This document shows, piece after piece, positions 28,469 to 38,268 of a stretch of 64,000 nt of DNA. Under the pieces are notes generated by a model. The model ran no database searches. It saw only the letters and a list, made by a program, of their open reading frames with translations, and had not been told where the DNA came from. Position numbers and translations under genes: made by a program. The DNA comes from an uncultured delta proteobacterium (GTDB taxonomy: Bacteria; Myxococcota_A; Polyangia; Fen-1088). The DNA lies in the NCBI GenBank assembly GCA_963796685.1, contig CAWCMR010000006.1:224001-288000 (forward strand), written 5' to 3'. Each line of letters opens with the position of its first letter. Within the stretch, counting starts at the first letter, position 1.

Positions 28469-30405
28469 TGGAACCCTTTGGACCGGCAGCATCCCTCGAC
28501 GAAGCCCTGCTGGCGGCGCTGGGCGACGGCAATGCCTCGTCCTCCGATGTGCCCCTGTCGGAAGGCGCCGGCCGCCTCGGTGAAGCGCAAGTGCCACGGG
28601 GCAAGGGCGAGGACGCCGCCCGGCGTGTGGCCGTGCTCGATGCCCTGGCTCGTGGTGGTAGCCGGAGCATCTCGGCGCTGGTCAGTGCCTTGCGCAGCAA
28701 CGACGACGACGTGGCGATGTACGCGGCCACCGCGCTCGGCGAGGCACGCGATCCGGCGGCCGTGCCACACTTGATTCGTCTGCTCCAGCATCCCGATCTC
28801 AACGTGGCCCAAGCCGCCATCGATGCCCTGGGGAAGTTGCGCGCGCAATCTGCCGCCGCCCCCATCGAGGCCATGCTCGAAGCCGATCCCTGGTTGCGTT
28901 TCGCGGCGGCGCACGCGCTCGGCGAGATCGGCCACCCGGGCAGCGTGCACGCGCTCATGCGCGCGGCGGGTGATTCGGCGATCTCGGAGCTCGCGGTGGA
29001 GGCGTTGGGAAAAATCGCCACGGTTCCCGCCGTGGCCGTGTTGGCCGATTTGCTCATGGGCCGGGCCGATGGCGAGGGCTTCGACGGCTGCTTGCTGGCT
29101 CTCGGAACCGCGCTTGGGCGCATGATCGACGGCACGGGCCTCGACGGCAGCCGCGCCTGGCGGCGGCTTGTCTCGCCCGAGGGGAACGCCGTTCACGCCC
29201 GTCTGGCGGCCCTCCTGGTTTGTCGCGAGGTGGAGCCCGAGGGTGCGGTCGACCAGCACTTCCTCAAGGAGGCCGCCATCGCGGTCATTCGCGCGCTGGC
29301 GATTCCCGCCCTCTTCCCCGCGCTCGTCGAGGGCGCCTGGGACGTCGCCATGGGCGAGCCCCTGCTCGATGCCGTGCTCTTCGCGGGGCCGACCACGCAC
29401 GCCAGCGTGCTCGCGGGTCTGGGGCATGCCGACGCGGATGTGCGTGTCTTCAGTTGCACGGCCGCGGCTGCCCTCGGCATCGAGGAGGCGACCGTTGCGT
29501 GCACAGGGCTGCTCGCCAGCGAGGAGGTTCGTGTGCGCGTGGCCGCCTTGCGCGCCCTGGCCGGGCTCGCCGCGGAGGCGGCGGTGCCGGCCATGCTGGG
29601 GTGCCTTGCCGACCCCGCGGAGCAGGTGCGTGCGGCCGCGGTGCGATCCCTAGGAACCATGGACGCGACACTGGTCACCGCCGTGCTCCTCGCGGATCGG
29701 GACGTGTCCACCGCCCAGGCGTCGCTCGTTCTCGAGGTCATGCGCATCGCGCCCTGCGCGGACCAGCGGGGATTCGTCCTGGCCGCTCTCGCAGACGGAC
29801 GCGAGGAGGTGCGGAAGGCGGCGGTCGGCGTCCTGGCAGCGAACGAGCACGCCGAGAGCGTCGAAATGCTGGAGCCGCTGCTCCAAGATCGATCGCCGGC
29901 CGTTCGTGCCGAGGTGGTGCTAGCGCTCGGGCGGCGCCGCTCTCGACGAGCCCTGCGCTTGTTGCTCGACCAGTTCGCACGCGATGCCAGAAGCCGCGAG
30001 CCGATCCTGCGGGCCCTGGGGCGGATCGGGGACGGGTGGGCGGCCCGCCGATTGATGCTGCTGTTCTGCGAACAGGAGCCGCCCGTCCGGTTGGCCATCA
30101 TCGACGCCTTGGGCGCCATCGCCGCGCCCGCCTCGGAGCCCTTCCTTTCACGGCTTTTTGGCGATCCCCAGCCCGAGGTCCGCAGCCGCGCGGTGGTGGC
30201 CATCGGCCAATACACCAGCGATGGTGCGGTGACCCGACTGGTTCACGCGACCCGTGATGCGGATGCGCGCGTGCGGCTGGCCGCTCTGGAATCGCTCTCG
30301 GCGTTCGCGGGCCGTCCGGCCGCCGTCGAATCCTTCGAGCGCCTGTGCTTGGATCCCGTTCCGGCCATCGCGGCGCTTGCCCGCCGCTGCCTGCGCAAGA
30401 GCTGA
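28468..30405 (+). CDS. HEAT/PBS-lyase repeat protein
   Basis: Repeated VRxAAxxALG units; TGATG coupling to the MCP. Confidence 0.9.
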   Translation: MEPFGPAASLDEALLAALGDGNASSSDVPLSEGAGRLGEAQVPRGKGEDAARRVAVLDALARGGSRSISALVSALRSNDDDVAMYAATALGEARDPAAVPHLIRLLQHPDLNVAQAAIDALGKLRAQSAAAPIEAMLEADPWLRFAAAHALGEIGHPGSVHALMRAAGDSAISELAVEALGKIATVPAVAVLADLLMGRADGEGFDGCLLALGTALGRMIDGTGLDGSRAWRRLVSPEGNAVHARLAALLVCREVEPEGAVDQHFLKEAAIAVIRALAIPALFPALVEGAWDVAMGEPLLDAVLFAGPTTHASVLAGLGHADADVRVFSCTAAAALGIEEATVACTGLLASEEVRVRVAALRALAGLAAEAAVPAMLGCLADPAEQVRAAAVRSLGTMDATLVTAVLLADRDVSTAQASLVLEVMRIAPCADQRGFVLAALADGREEVRKAAVGVLAANEHAESVEMLEPLLQDRSPAVRAEVVLALGRRRSRRALRLLLDQFARDARSREPILRALGRIGDGWAARRLMLLFCEQEPPVRLAIIDALGAIAAPASEPFLSRLFGDPQPEVRSRAVVAIGQYTSDGAVTRLVHATRDADARVRLAALESLSAFAGRPAAVESFERLCLDPVPAIAALARRCLRKS

Positions 30406-30509
30406 CCGCTTCGCCACGCGCGGAAGGGGCCAACACCCTCCCTCGGGTCAAGCTCGGTGCGAAACGTCCGCGGAGTTTGGACATCAGATAGAGCAGATAC
30501 AAGGCGACC

Positions 30510-31835
30510 ATGGGGGAACGCAAAAACAGAGGCTTGGCCGGGATGTCCATCGTTCTGTGCGTGGCCGTCTTCTGCGCGAGCTCCGCGATGGCACGCGCGG
30601 AGCCGATGCCCCACGAGATGAGCCTCGACCAGGCCCTGGCCTTGGGTCGCAAGGCCAACCGAAGCCTTGTCACCGAGCGTGCCCGCCTGGCCCAAGCCCA
30701 GGCCAATCTGGATCTCGCCTGGACAACTCTGTTCCCCACGGTGGCGGCACAGGGCAAGTACACCCGGAACAACATCGCGTTCAGTTTCCAGGTTGCGCCT
30801 GGCGAGACCCTGACCATCCAACCCAAGAACCAGCTCGACGGCGTCGTCAGCTTCACGATGCCGCTTCTCGTGCCTGCCGCGTATGTGGGCTTGGAGGCCG
30901 TGCAAGGCACCGTTCGCGCGGCCGAGGCCCAGTTCGAAACCTCGGAGGCCACCGTGCTCTTCGCTGTGGCACAGGCGTTCTATGCAGCGGCCATCGCGGA
31001 CGAGGTCGTGTCGGTGCGACAGTCGAACATCGAGGTTGCGCGCGCCACGCTCGACAATGCCCACACCCGGTTCGAGAACGGCAGCGTGACCAAGGTGGAT
31101 GAGGATCGGGCACAGCTGGCCGTGGTGCGGGCAGAGCAGGCCGCGCTCGAAGCCCGTTTCGCGCAAGAGCAAGCGTACCGTGCCTTGGCGACGTTGATTC
31201 AGTACGATCGAAAGTTCAAGGTTCGGCCGGCCGCGGCTCCGGAGGCGAGCGAGGAAACCGGAAGTCTCGAATCCGCGCTGCATTTGCGTCCGGAGTTCCG
31301 GGCCCTCGAGCTCACCGCCAAGTCCGCCGAGCTGCAGCGGCGCGCCTATGCCTGGCGCTGGGCGCCCTCGTTGTCTGGCTTCGGCAACCTGCGCACCTTC
31401 AATTACGACAATTTCGCGCAAGAGCGCTATTCATGGGCCATCGGCCTCCAGCTCGATTGGGTGCTCTACGACGGTGGGGTGCGAGATGCGCAGCGCCATA
31501 TGGCCAACGCCCAGGCCGAGGAGGCGGCCGCGCAGGCTGCGGTCTTGCGCGATGCCATTCGCGACGACATGGCCAACGGCCAAGGCCTTCTCGAGACGAA
31601 ACGCCAGGCCCAAAGGGCGGCCGAGCGCTCGGTCGCGTTGGCCATGGAGACGCTCGACCTCGTGCGAACCCAGTACGAAGCGGGGCAATCGGCGCAGATC
31701 GACCTGCTTCAGGCGCAAGACGGCCTTGTCGCCGCCAGGGAGGCCCTGGCGCAAGCCCATTTCGAGGTGGCAGTGGCGGATCTCACGCTTCGTCGGGCAG
31801 CCGGCACGTTTCCTGGACCCGGGATCGGACAATGA
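30510..31835 (+). CDS. TolC-family outer membrane protein
   Basis: Signal peptide; two OEP repeats (RFENG, QYEAG..DLLQAQ). Confidence 0.9.
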   Translation: MGERKNRGLAGMSIVLCVAVFCASSAMARAEPMPHEMSLDQALALGRKANRSLVTERARLAQAQANLDLAWTTLFPTVAAQGKYTRNNIAFSFQVAPGETLTIQPKNQLDGVVSFTMPLLVPAAYVGLEAVQGTVRAAEAQFETSEATVLFAVAQAFYAAAIADEVVSVRQSNIEVARATLDNAHTRFENGSVTKVDEDRAQLAVVRAEQAALEARFAQEQAYRALATLIQYDRKFKVRPAAAPEASEETGSLESALHLRPEFRALELTAKSAELQRRAYAWRWAPSLSGFGNLRTFNYDNFAQERYSWAIGLQLDWVLYDGGVRDAQRHMANAQAEEAAAQAAVLRDAIRDDMANGQGLLETKRQAQRAAERSVALAMETLDLVRTQYEAGQSAQIDLLQAQDGLVAAREALAQAHFEVAVADLTLRRAAGTFPGPGIGQ

Positions 31836-34156
31836 GGGGGGGCTGGTCACTGCCCATGCATGCGATCGGCGTGCTTACGGGTTGCGGCGTGGCAATGGCC
31901 GTTCGAGGAACGTGGCCCATCGTGGTGGGGTCCGGGCTGTCTATCATGGCATGGGGATGGGGCGCGGGCAACGTCGGGCGGTGGACGCCGAGCGGCCGAT
32001 TCGGCCCGGCCAACGCGCTGACCACGGGCCGCCTGCTCCTGCTCCTGTCGCTCACCGCCTTCGCCCACCGGCTTTCCTCGTCCATGTTGGCCATGGGGTT
32101 CTTGGCGGCCCTGCTGCTGGATGTCTTCGACGGCTACGTGGCCAGGCGAGGCGGACACGTCTCGGCGTTCGGCGCCAGCTTCGATACGGAAGTCGATGCG
32201 ACATTCATCCTGTTCCTCGGCTATCTGTTGTGGTTACGCGCGGGTCACGGGTCTTGGGTCCTGGTTCCCGGGCTGCTTCGCTACGCCTACGTGCTCGTGC
32301 TCGTGTTGCTGCCTCCCACGCGGACCGAGACGAGAGGCTCGCGCTTCGGGCGCGCGGCCTTCGTGGTCACGGCCTCGTGTTTCCTGCTCGCGCTCGAGGT
32401 CGATGATTTTTTCGCCAGGAGCTCGATCGCCGCGGTCGGCACCGTGGTCGCATGCCTGTCCTTTGGTCGTTCCTTCTACGAGGTCTATCCGACCCTCGGG
32501 ACGCTTCCCGCGCGCATCGCAAGCGCGAGCAAGCGGGCCTTGCCCGCTCTTTGGCCCGCGGTGCTCTTTGTCGTGTCTTGGTCTTTTCTCAACGTGTTGG
32601 TGAACCTCCGCTTTCCCGCATCCGAGCCGACCGGGTGGTATTTTTTGCCCTCCCTCGATGTCACGGTCGTCCTGGCCGCGTTCGTCTTGATCGGGCTCTC
32701 CGGCTGGCGGGTGACCTGGCCCTTGCGCGTCCCGCTCGTGGCATGCTTGTTGTTCTTTCGCCTCCTGCGTTTTGGCGACGGCATTACCGGCGAATACTTC
32801 AGTCGCCCATTCAATCTCTATACGGATCTGCCGCTGGTCTCGGAGCTGGTTCGCTATATCCATTCCAGCCTGGCGCCGTGGCGATTTCTTGCCGTCGTCG
32901 TGTCCGCGGTGCTCGTGGTCGCCCTGTTGGTCGTCGCGGTCGACCGTTCGCTGGCATTCCTGGCGGCGCACCTTCGCCGTCGCCGCCCGGCCTTGCTCTT
33001 CGCGGTCGTCGTGCTGCCCCTGGCCGTGGCCTCGCCGTTCGTGAGCCACGACACCCGCTACGTCCGGCGCTACACAGGTGCGTTTGGATCGACCATTCTG
33101 CCCCGCGTGAGGCGCGAGGCGGAGTTCCTGCTCAACGTGTATTCGCGAAGGGCGCACGAGGCCAAGGCGATTGCCTCGGTTCAAGAGGTGCTGGACCACA
33201 CACCGGCGCGTTTGCAGGGCCTGCACCACGCCAATGTGCTGTTGATGTTCGTCGAGTCCTACGGCGCCACCGTGATCGATCGCCAGATCTTCACCAGCAA
33301 GGCCCTGCCTGCGCTGAGGAGCATGGAGGCCGATCTTGCCAACCATGGGTTCGTCACCGCCTCCGCGCAATTGACCTCGGCGACCTACGGAGGCATGTCG
33401 TGGTTGGCCCACGCGACCCTCCTCACGGGGGTGCGCACGACCAACCAATTGGAGTATGACCTGCTTGGGGTGCACAGGCCGCGCAGCATGGCGCGCATTC
33501 TGCACCAAGCGGGCTACCACACGGTCCTGCTGGAGCCGAACACGAACCGCAAGTCCAGCGGCGCCGACTTCTACGATTTCGACGAGACCTACCGCAACTG
33601 GGATTTCGACTACGCCGGGCCGCCGTTTGCCTGGGCCTCGATGCCGGATCAGTACGTCTTGGACTTCGCCCGGCGCAGGGTCGTGGATGTGGCTCGGGGA
33701 CCTCTCTTCGCGACCTACGTGCTGGTGTCCAGCCATGCGCCCTGGTCGCACGTTCCCACCCTGGTGCGCGACTGGTCGCGGGTGGGCAATGGCGCGATCT
33801 ACTACTCGCTTCCCGTGAAGCGTGCCTATATCGATTGGTCCAGCTTTTCCCATGCCGCCGAACCGTACTTGGGGAGCATCCTCTACGACCTCGACGTCCT
33901 ACGCAGCTACCTGACCGAGCTCGTTCATGACGGCTCTCTCGTCATCATCCTGGGCGATCACCAGCCCGTGTCCGAGGTGACGGACAATTCGCCGTCCTGG
34001 TCGGTCCCCATTCACGTCATCAGTCGGGATCCGGATTTGGTGGCCCCGTTTGTCGCGCGCGGCTATACCCGTGGAATGGTGCCGGGAAATGTCAGCCTTC
34101 CCATGGAAGACTTCCTGGTGGATTTTCTGCACGACTTTTCGGGAGGGGCGAGCTGA
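31832..34156 (+). CDS. CDP-alcohol phosphatidyltransferase fused to a membrane sulfatase/LTA-synthase-like domain
   Basis: DVFDGYVARR..FGASFDTEVD; FVESYG, SWLAHAT, SSHAPW, GDHQP. Confidence 0.85.
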   Translation: MRGGWSLPMHAIGVLTGCGVAMAVRGTWPIVVGSGLSIMAWGWGAGNVGRWTPSGRFGPANALTTGRLLLLLSLTAFAHRLSSSMLAMGFLAALLLDVFDGYVARRGGHVSAFGASFDTEVDATFILFLGYLLWLRAGHGSWVLVPGLLRYAYVLVLVLLPPTRTETRGSRFGRAAFVVTASCFLLALEVDDFFARSSIAAVGTVVACLSFGRSFYEVYPTLGTLPARIASASKRALPALWPAVLFVVSWSFLNVLVNLRFPASEPTGWYFLPSLDVTVVLAAFVLIGLSGWRVTWPLRVPLVACLLFFRLLRFGDGITGEYFSRPFNLYTDLPLVSELVRYIHSSLAPWRFLAVVVSAVLVVALLVVAVDRSLAFLAAHLRRRRPALLFAVVVLPLAVASPFVSHDTRYVRRYTGAFGSTILPRVRREAEFLLNVYSRRAHEAKAIASVQEVLDHTPARLQGLHHANVLLMFVESYGATVIDRQIFTSKALPALRSMEADLANHGFVTASAQLTSATYGGMSWLAHATLLTGVRTTNQLEYDLLGVHRPRSMARILHQAGYHTVLLEPNTNRKSSGADFYDFDETYRNWDFDYAGPPFAWASMPDQYVLDFARRRVVDVARGPLFATYVLVSSHAPWSHVPTLVRDWSRVGNGAIYYSLPVKRAYIDWSSFSHAAEPYLGSILYDLDVLRSYLTELVHDGSLVIILGDHQPVSEVTDNSPSWSVPIHVISRDPDLVAPFVARGYTRGMVPGNVSLPMEDFLVDFLHDFSGGAS

Positions 34157-35079
34157 TGCATATGTGGAATGCTCGGGAAAGCGTGATGGAGGAAACGGCG
34201 CTTGTGGAAGAACAAGCTTGGCTGCTGTTGCGCGCGCTTTCCGCCCAGGCCGGGTTGGGCGTGGCCGTGACGAAACCGTGCGGCGTGCGGGTGGACGAGG
34301 CGGGTTGGTTGGAGGAGGTCGACCTTGGCCAAGGCTGGCTCGATCTCCACCCGGACGCCGAACCGCCTTTTCGGCCAACCGTGCCGCTGCCTCCGTCGGT
34401 CGAGCGCCTGCTCGACCTCTACCTTCCGCTGTGCATCGGGGATGCCAGCAACGATTTGGTCCTGGGGCATCTCGCGCAAAGCCTGGACGGGCAGATTGCG
34501 ACCGCGACGGGCGCATCGTGCTTCATCACGGGACAGGAGGATTTGGTGCACACGCACCGCCTGCGCGCCCTGTTCGACGTGGTCCTGGTCGGACGGACGA
34601 CCGTCGCCAGCGACGATCCACGCCTGACCACCCGCCTGGTTCCGGGGCGCAATCCGACGCGGGCGGTCCTGGATCCGGGCCTGCGCGCGCCGGAAGACCG
34701 CCAGGTCTTTCGCGATGGCGCGGCACCGACGCTGCGCTTTTGCGCCCATCGCCAGCGCAACGGGCGGCCGGCGTGCGCGCATGTGGAGATCGTCGAGATG
34801 CCGTCGTCGGGGCCGTTGCTTCCGCCGGGGGAGATCCTCGAACACCTGAGAGCCAGGGGATTGCGCCGCATCTTCGTCGAGGGCGGGGGCGTGACGATCT
34901 CCCATTTCTTCTCGGCCGGGCTGCTCGGGCGGGTGCATCTCACCATTAGCCCCTTCTTCCTCGGTCAGGGACGGCCCGGGCTGGTCATGCCGAAGATCGA
35001 TCGACTCGATCAGGCGGTACGTCCGCGCGTGCGCAGATTCATGCTGGGTGAAGATACGTTGTTCGATTGCCGATTCTAG
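34156..35079 (+). CDS. RibD C-terminal reductase-like protein
   Basis: AQSLDGQIA, HRLRA, DDPRLTTR, VEGGG. Confidence 0.88.
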   Translation: MHMWNARESVMEETALVEEQAWLLLRALSAQAGLGVAVTKPCGVRVDEAGWLEEVDLGQGWLDLHPDAEPPFRPTVPLPPSVERLLDLYLPLCIGDASNDLVLGHLAQSLDGQIATATGASCFITGQEDLVHTHRLRALFDVVLVGRTTVASDDPRLTTRLVPGRNPTRAVLDPGLRAPEDRQVFRDGAAPTLRFCAHRQRNGRPACAHVEIVEMPSSGPLLPPGEILEHLRARGLRRIFVEGGGVTISHFFSAGLLGRVHLTISPFFLGQGRPGLVMPKIDRLDQAVRPRVRRFMLGEDTLFDCRF

Positions 35080-35090
35080 GATGGACCTTC

Positions 35091-36170
35091 ATGCAGTGGT
35101 TCATCGTGCCCAACCTCGACGGCCCCGTCAGTGGGGGCACGCTGTACAACCGACGGATGATCGCCGGCTTGAAGGAGGTCGGGTGCGCTTGCGACGTGTT
35201 GCCCATCGAGCGTGCCCCGACGGTCTTGGCCCAAACCGGCGACGGCGAGGGCGACGGCGTCGACGTCTGGGTCGACTCTCTCTACCTCGACCACTTGCCC
35301 CGGCTGGCGCGTGCGGCCCGGTCAGGTACGCGGCTCGGCCTCATCGTCCACTACCTCCCGTCGTTGATTTCAAACGGCGAAGGTCTTGCCCCATCCGATC
35401 TGACCCGCATCGAAGTGGAGGCCCTGCAAACTGCCACCATGTTTCTGGTGCCGAGCGCGTTCATGGGCGGGATGGTCCGCCGTTTGACCGACGATGCCCG
35501 ACCGGTGCTGCAGGTCGAGCCCGGGCGTCCGCCCGGCGAGTCGTCGTCGCTGCCCGATCCGCCAGTCCGCGCGCTCATGGTGGCGAACCTCGTTCCGGGC
35601 AAGGGGGTGGCGCGCTTTCTTTCCTGTCTGGCCGAACAGATACGCGAAAGCGATGGCCTGCAGGTGAGCATCGTGGGCGGGGCCGGGCAGGATCCGGCGT
35701 ATGCGGAGAGCTGCCATACCCTCGGACAGGATCCTCGTCTGCGCGGTCAGGCTTGCTTCCTGGGCGAGCTGCCGCACGACGAAACCCTGCGGCAGATGGC
35801 GTCCAGCAACCTGCTGGTTTCCTGTTCCCGTATGGAGTCCTACGGGATGGCGCTGATGGAGGCTCGCGTCCTGGGCGTTCCCATCCTGGCCAAGCGTGGA
35901 GGGCACGTGGCGGCCATGGTGGACCAGGATGCGGGGGGCGAGCTGTTCGCGGACACCACGGATTTGGTGGCCTCTTTGTTGCGCATCTGCCGCGACCCCG
36001 CCGATCATCGTCGTCGTATGGCGGTTGCCCGGACCAGGGCATTGCCTGCCAGGCCGTGGTCGGCGGCGGCGTTGGAGTTTGTCTCGCAGGTGGCGGGCTC
36101 GTCCAAGCCGGGAGGGCAGGCGGCCATGAAAGAGGCGAAACCACAAGAGGGACTGCGCCGTGCCGGCTGA
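35091..36170 (+). CDS. GT4 glycosyltransferase
   Basis: SGGTLYN; ESYGMALMEA. Confidence 0.88.
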   Translation: MQWFIVPNLDGPVSGGTLYNRRMIAGLKEVGCACDVLPIERAPTVLAQTGDGEGDGVDVWVDSLYLDHLPRLARAARSGTRLGLIVHYLPSLISNGEGLAPSDLTRIEVEALQTATMFLVPSAFMGGMVRRLTDDARPVLQVEPGRPPGESSSLPDPPVRALMVANLVPGKGVARFLSCLAEQIRESDGLQVSIVGGAGQDPAYAESCHTLGQDPRLRGQACFLGELPHDETLRQMASSNLLVSCSRMESYGMALMEARVLGVPILAKRGGHVAAMVDQDAGGELFADTTDLVASLLRICRDPADHRRRMAVARTRALPARPWSAAALEFVSQVAGSSKPGGQAAMKEAKPQEGLRRAG

Positions 36171-37149
36171 GCGAGAGCTCTGGTTCACGGGACCGCGTCG
36201 GGTCGAATTGCGTCCGGGCGAGCCCTTGCCACCGCTCGCACCAGGCGAAGTGAAGGCGCGCGCGCTTCACTCGGGGCTGAGCCAAGGCACCGAGCTGCTG
36301 CTCTATCGCGGCCAAGGACCGCAGCGGTTCGACCCGTCGCTGGACGCTCCAGGGACGCCGCTCTATCCGCGGCGCTACGGCTACAGCTGGGTGGGCGAGA
36401 TCGTCGAGAGTCGGACCCAAGGCACGGAGGTCGGCCAGCGCATCTTCGCCCTGCGCCCGCACGGCGACGTTCATGTCCTCCGGCCCGAGGCCATGCGCAG
36501 GATTCCGCCGTCCATTCCGAGCGCGCGCGCCACCCTGGCCGCGAACATGGAAACCGCGTTGACCGTGGTGTGGGACGCGGGCATCGCCATCGGTGATCGC
36601 GTGCTCGTCCTGGGCGGCGGCATGGTTGGGCTCTTGACCTCGATGTTGGCCAAGGCCGCGGGCGCTACGCGGGTTACCGTGGTCGAGCCATCGCCCAGGC
36701 GAGGACAGGCCGCCCTGGCGCTGGGCGCGGATGAAGTCTTCACCCCTGGGCAAGACGAGCCGCGCGGCGATTGCGACGTGGTCGTCGAGGCCACGGGAGA
36801 TCCGGCCTGCCTGGATCGCGCCATCGCCCACGCGGGCCTGGAGGCGACCATCGTGGTGGCTTCGTTCTACGGCGAGCGGCACAGCCCCGTTGCCCTGGGC
36901 GCGGAATTTCACCGACGCCGATTGCAGCTCAAGGCAAGTCAGGTCTCTCGAATTCCGTCGGCCAAGACCGCGCGCTGGGATGCCGAGCGGCGATTCGCCG
37001 TGGTGCTCGAGAAACTCTCGGATCCGCGCCTCGACGCCCTTTTGGACACGGTGGTGCCCTTTGCCGAGGCGCCCGCCGTCTACGCGCGCCTGGACGCCAA
37101 CCCGGGTTTGGCCTTGCACACGGTGTTCGCCTATGACGAAGGTTTCTAA
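36160..37149 (+). CDS. Zinc-binding dehydrogenase (MDR family)
   Basis: SQGTELL, GYSWVG, GGGMVG, EATG. Confidence 0.88.
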   Translation: MPAERELWFTGPRRVELRPGEPLPPLAPGEVKARALHSGLSQGTELLLYRGQGPQRFDPSLDAPGTPLYPRRYGYSWVGEIVESRTQGTEVGQRIFALRPHGDVHVLRPEAMRRIPPSIPSARATLAANMETALTVVWDAGIAIGDRVLVLGGGMVGLLTSMLAKAAGATRVTVVEPSPRRGQAALALGADEVFTPGQDEPRGDCDVVVEATGDPACLDRAIAHAGLEATIVVASFYGERHSPVALGAEFHRRRLQLKASQVSRIPSAKTARWDAERRFAVVLEKLSDPRLDALLDTVVPFAEAPAVYARLDANPGLALHTVFAYDEGF

Positions 37150-37200
37150 GCATGGCCTTCCCGCTTTGCATGCCGGCCGAACCTGAGGCAGAGTCGACCC

Positions 37201-37602
37201 ATGTTCAGCGTGGGTGTTTCCGACTACTGCATGGTGGCGCACAGTCTGCCTGATCCCACCTTCGGGCCTGCCCAGCGTCTTCATGGCGCCACCTACACGG
37301 TGGAAGTGGAGGTCCATTCGCAGGCGATTGGCCGGCACAACGTGGTCATGGACATCGCGGCTTTGCGCGAGGTGGTTCACCGCGTGCTCGCTCCCATCAA
37401 CTACAGCAATCTCGACGAGCACCCGGCGTTCGCCGGGAGAATCTCCACCAGCGAGCGCTTGGCCGAGTACCTGGCGGAGAGAATTGCCGACGCCATCGCC
37501 GAGCTGCCCGAGGAGGCCAGGCCGACCGAGCCCGCCAGCCTTCGCCTGCGCTTGCACGAGTCGCCCAACGCCTGGGTCGGCTGCGACCGCCCGATCCCGT
37601 AG
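37201..37602 (+). CDS. PTPS/QueD-family (COG0720) protein, non-QueD subtype
   Basis: AHSL..FGPAQRLHGATY, NLDE, LHES; lacks the QueD CxxxHGH motif. Confidence 0.88.
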   Translation: MFSVGVSDYCMVAHSLPDPTFGPAQRLHGATYTVEVEVHSQAIGRHNVVMDIAALREVVHRVLAPINYSNLDEHPAFAGRISTSERLAEYLAERIADAIAELPEEARPTEPASLRLRLHESPNAWVGCDRPIP

Positions 37603-37644
37603 GTCGAATTCTTCCGACGACTCTGCCGCCCTGTGATCTACTCT

Positions 37645-38268
37645 TCAGCCATAGTGCTCTTCCAGACGAGCCAAGGCGACCAACAGACCGTTCAGGCTCG
37701 GGCATCGTAGACGTGCAGCATCAAGATCCCAAGCCTTCTCCACGAACGGGGCCATCGCCCCATTGTAGTCAGGGCCCTGCAAGTAGCGCCCACTCCGCTC
37801 GTCCCGCCATACGATCGCCTCGCGCACGTCCCGATGGCGAGACTGAGACGCAAGCTCCAGGAGAGTCGCCTTTGGATCTTGTAGACTTTCAGGGTTCGGC
37901 ACACGAGCTGGCTTCCTCAGCCCCAGGAACTCTCCAAGATTGGTGTCGTCAGCAAGAAGCCAGCTCTCGACCTCTCTAACTGCAACCCGGAAGATGAAAT
38001 GTGGATGCTGGCGCCGTCCTGGCCCCAGCCACTCGGCCACGAGGTTCGGGGCACAAGGACTCTGATCGAGATCCGTGAGCAAAAGGAATGGCCCGGCTTT
38101 GGCGGCGTTGTTGAAACTCGCGGTCCGCTTCTTGAGGTAGCCGAACCCACCGTGGCAATAAACAGCGCCAATCTCATACTTAACAGATCTCTCCGAGAGA
38201 GCGCGTTTGAGAACATACTCACTGAGATTGTCCTCGACGGCTAGGCGTATTGGAATTCTTGCCCTCAT
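37645..38268 (-). CDS. DUF4276/TOPRIM-like protein
   Basis: LAVED, LTDLD, VREVESWLLAD. Confidence 0.75.
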   Translation of the reverse strand: MRARIPIRLAVEDNLSEYVLKRALSERSVKYEIGAVYCHGGFGYLKKRTASFNNAAKAGPFLLLTDLDQSPCAPNLVAEWLGPGRRQHPHFIFRVAVREVESWLLADDTNLGEFLGLRKPARVPNPESLQDPKATLLELASQSRHRDVREAIVWRDERSGRYLQGPDYNGAMAPFVEKAWDLDAARLRCPSLNGLLVALARLEEHYG

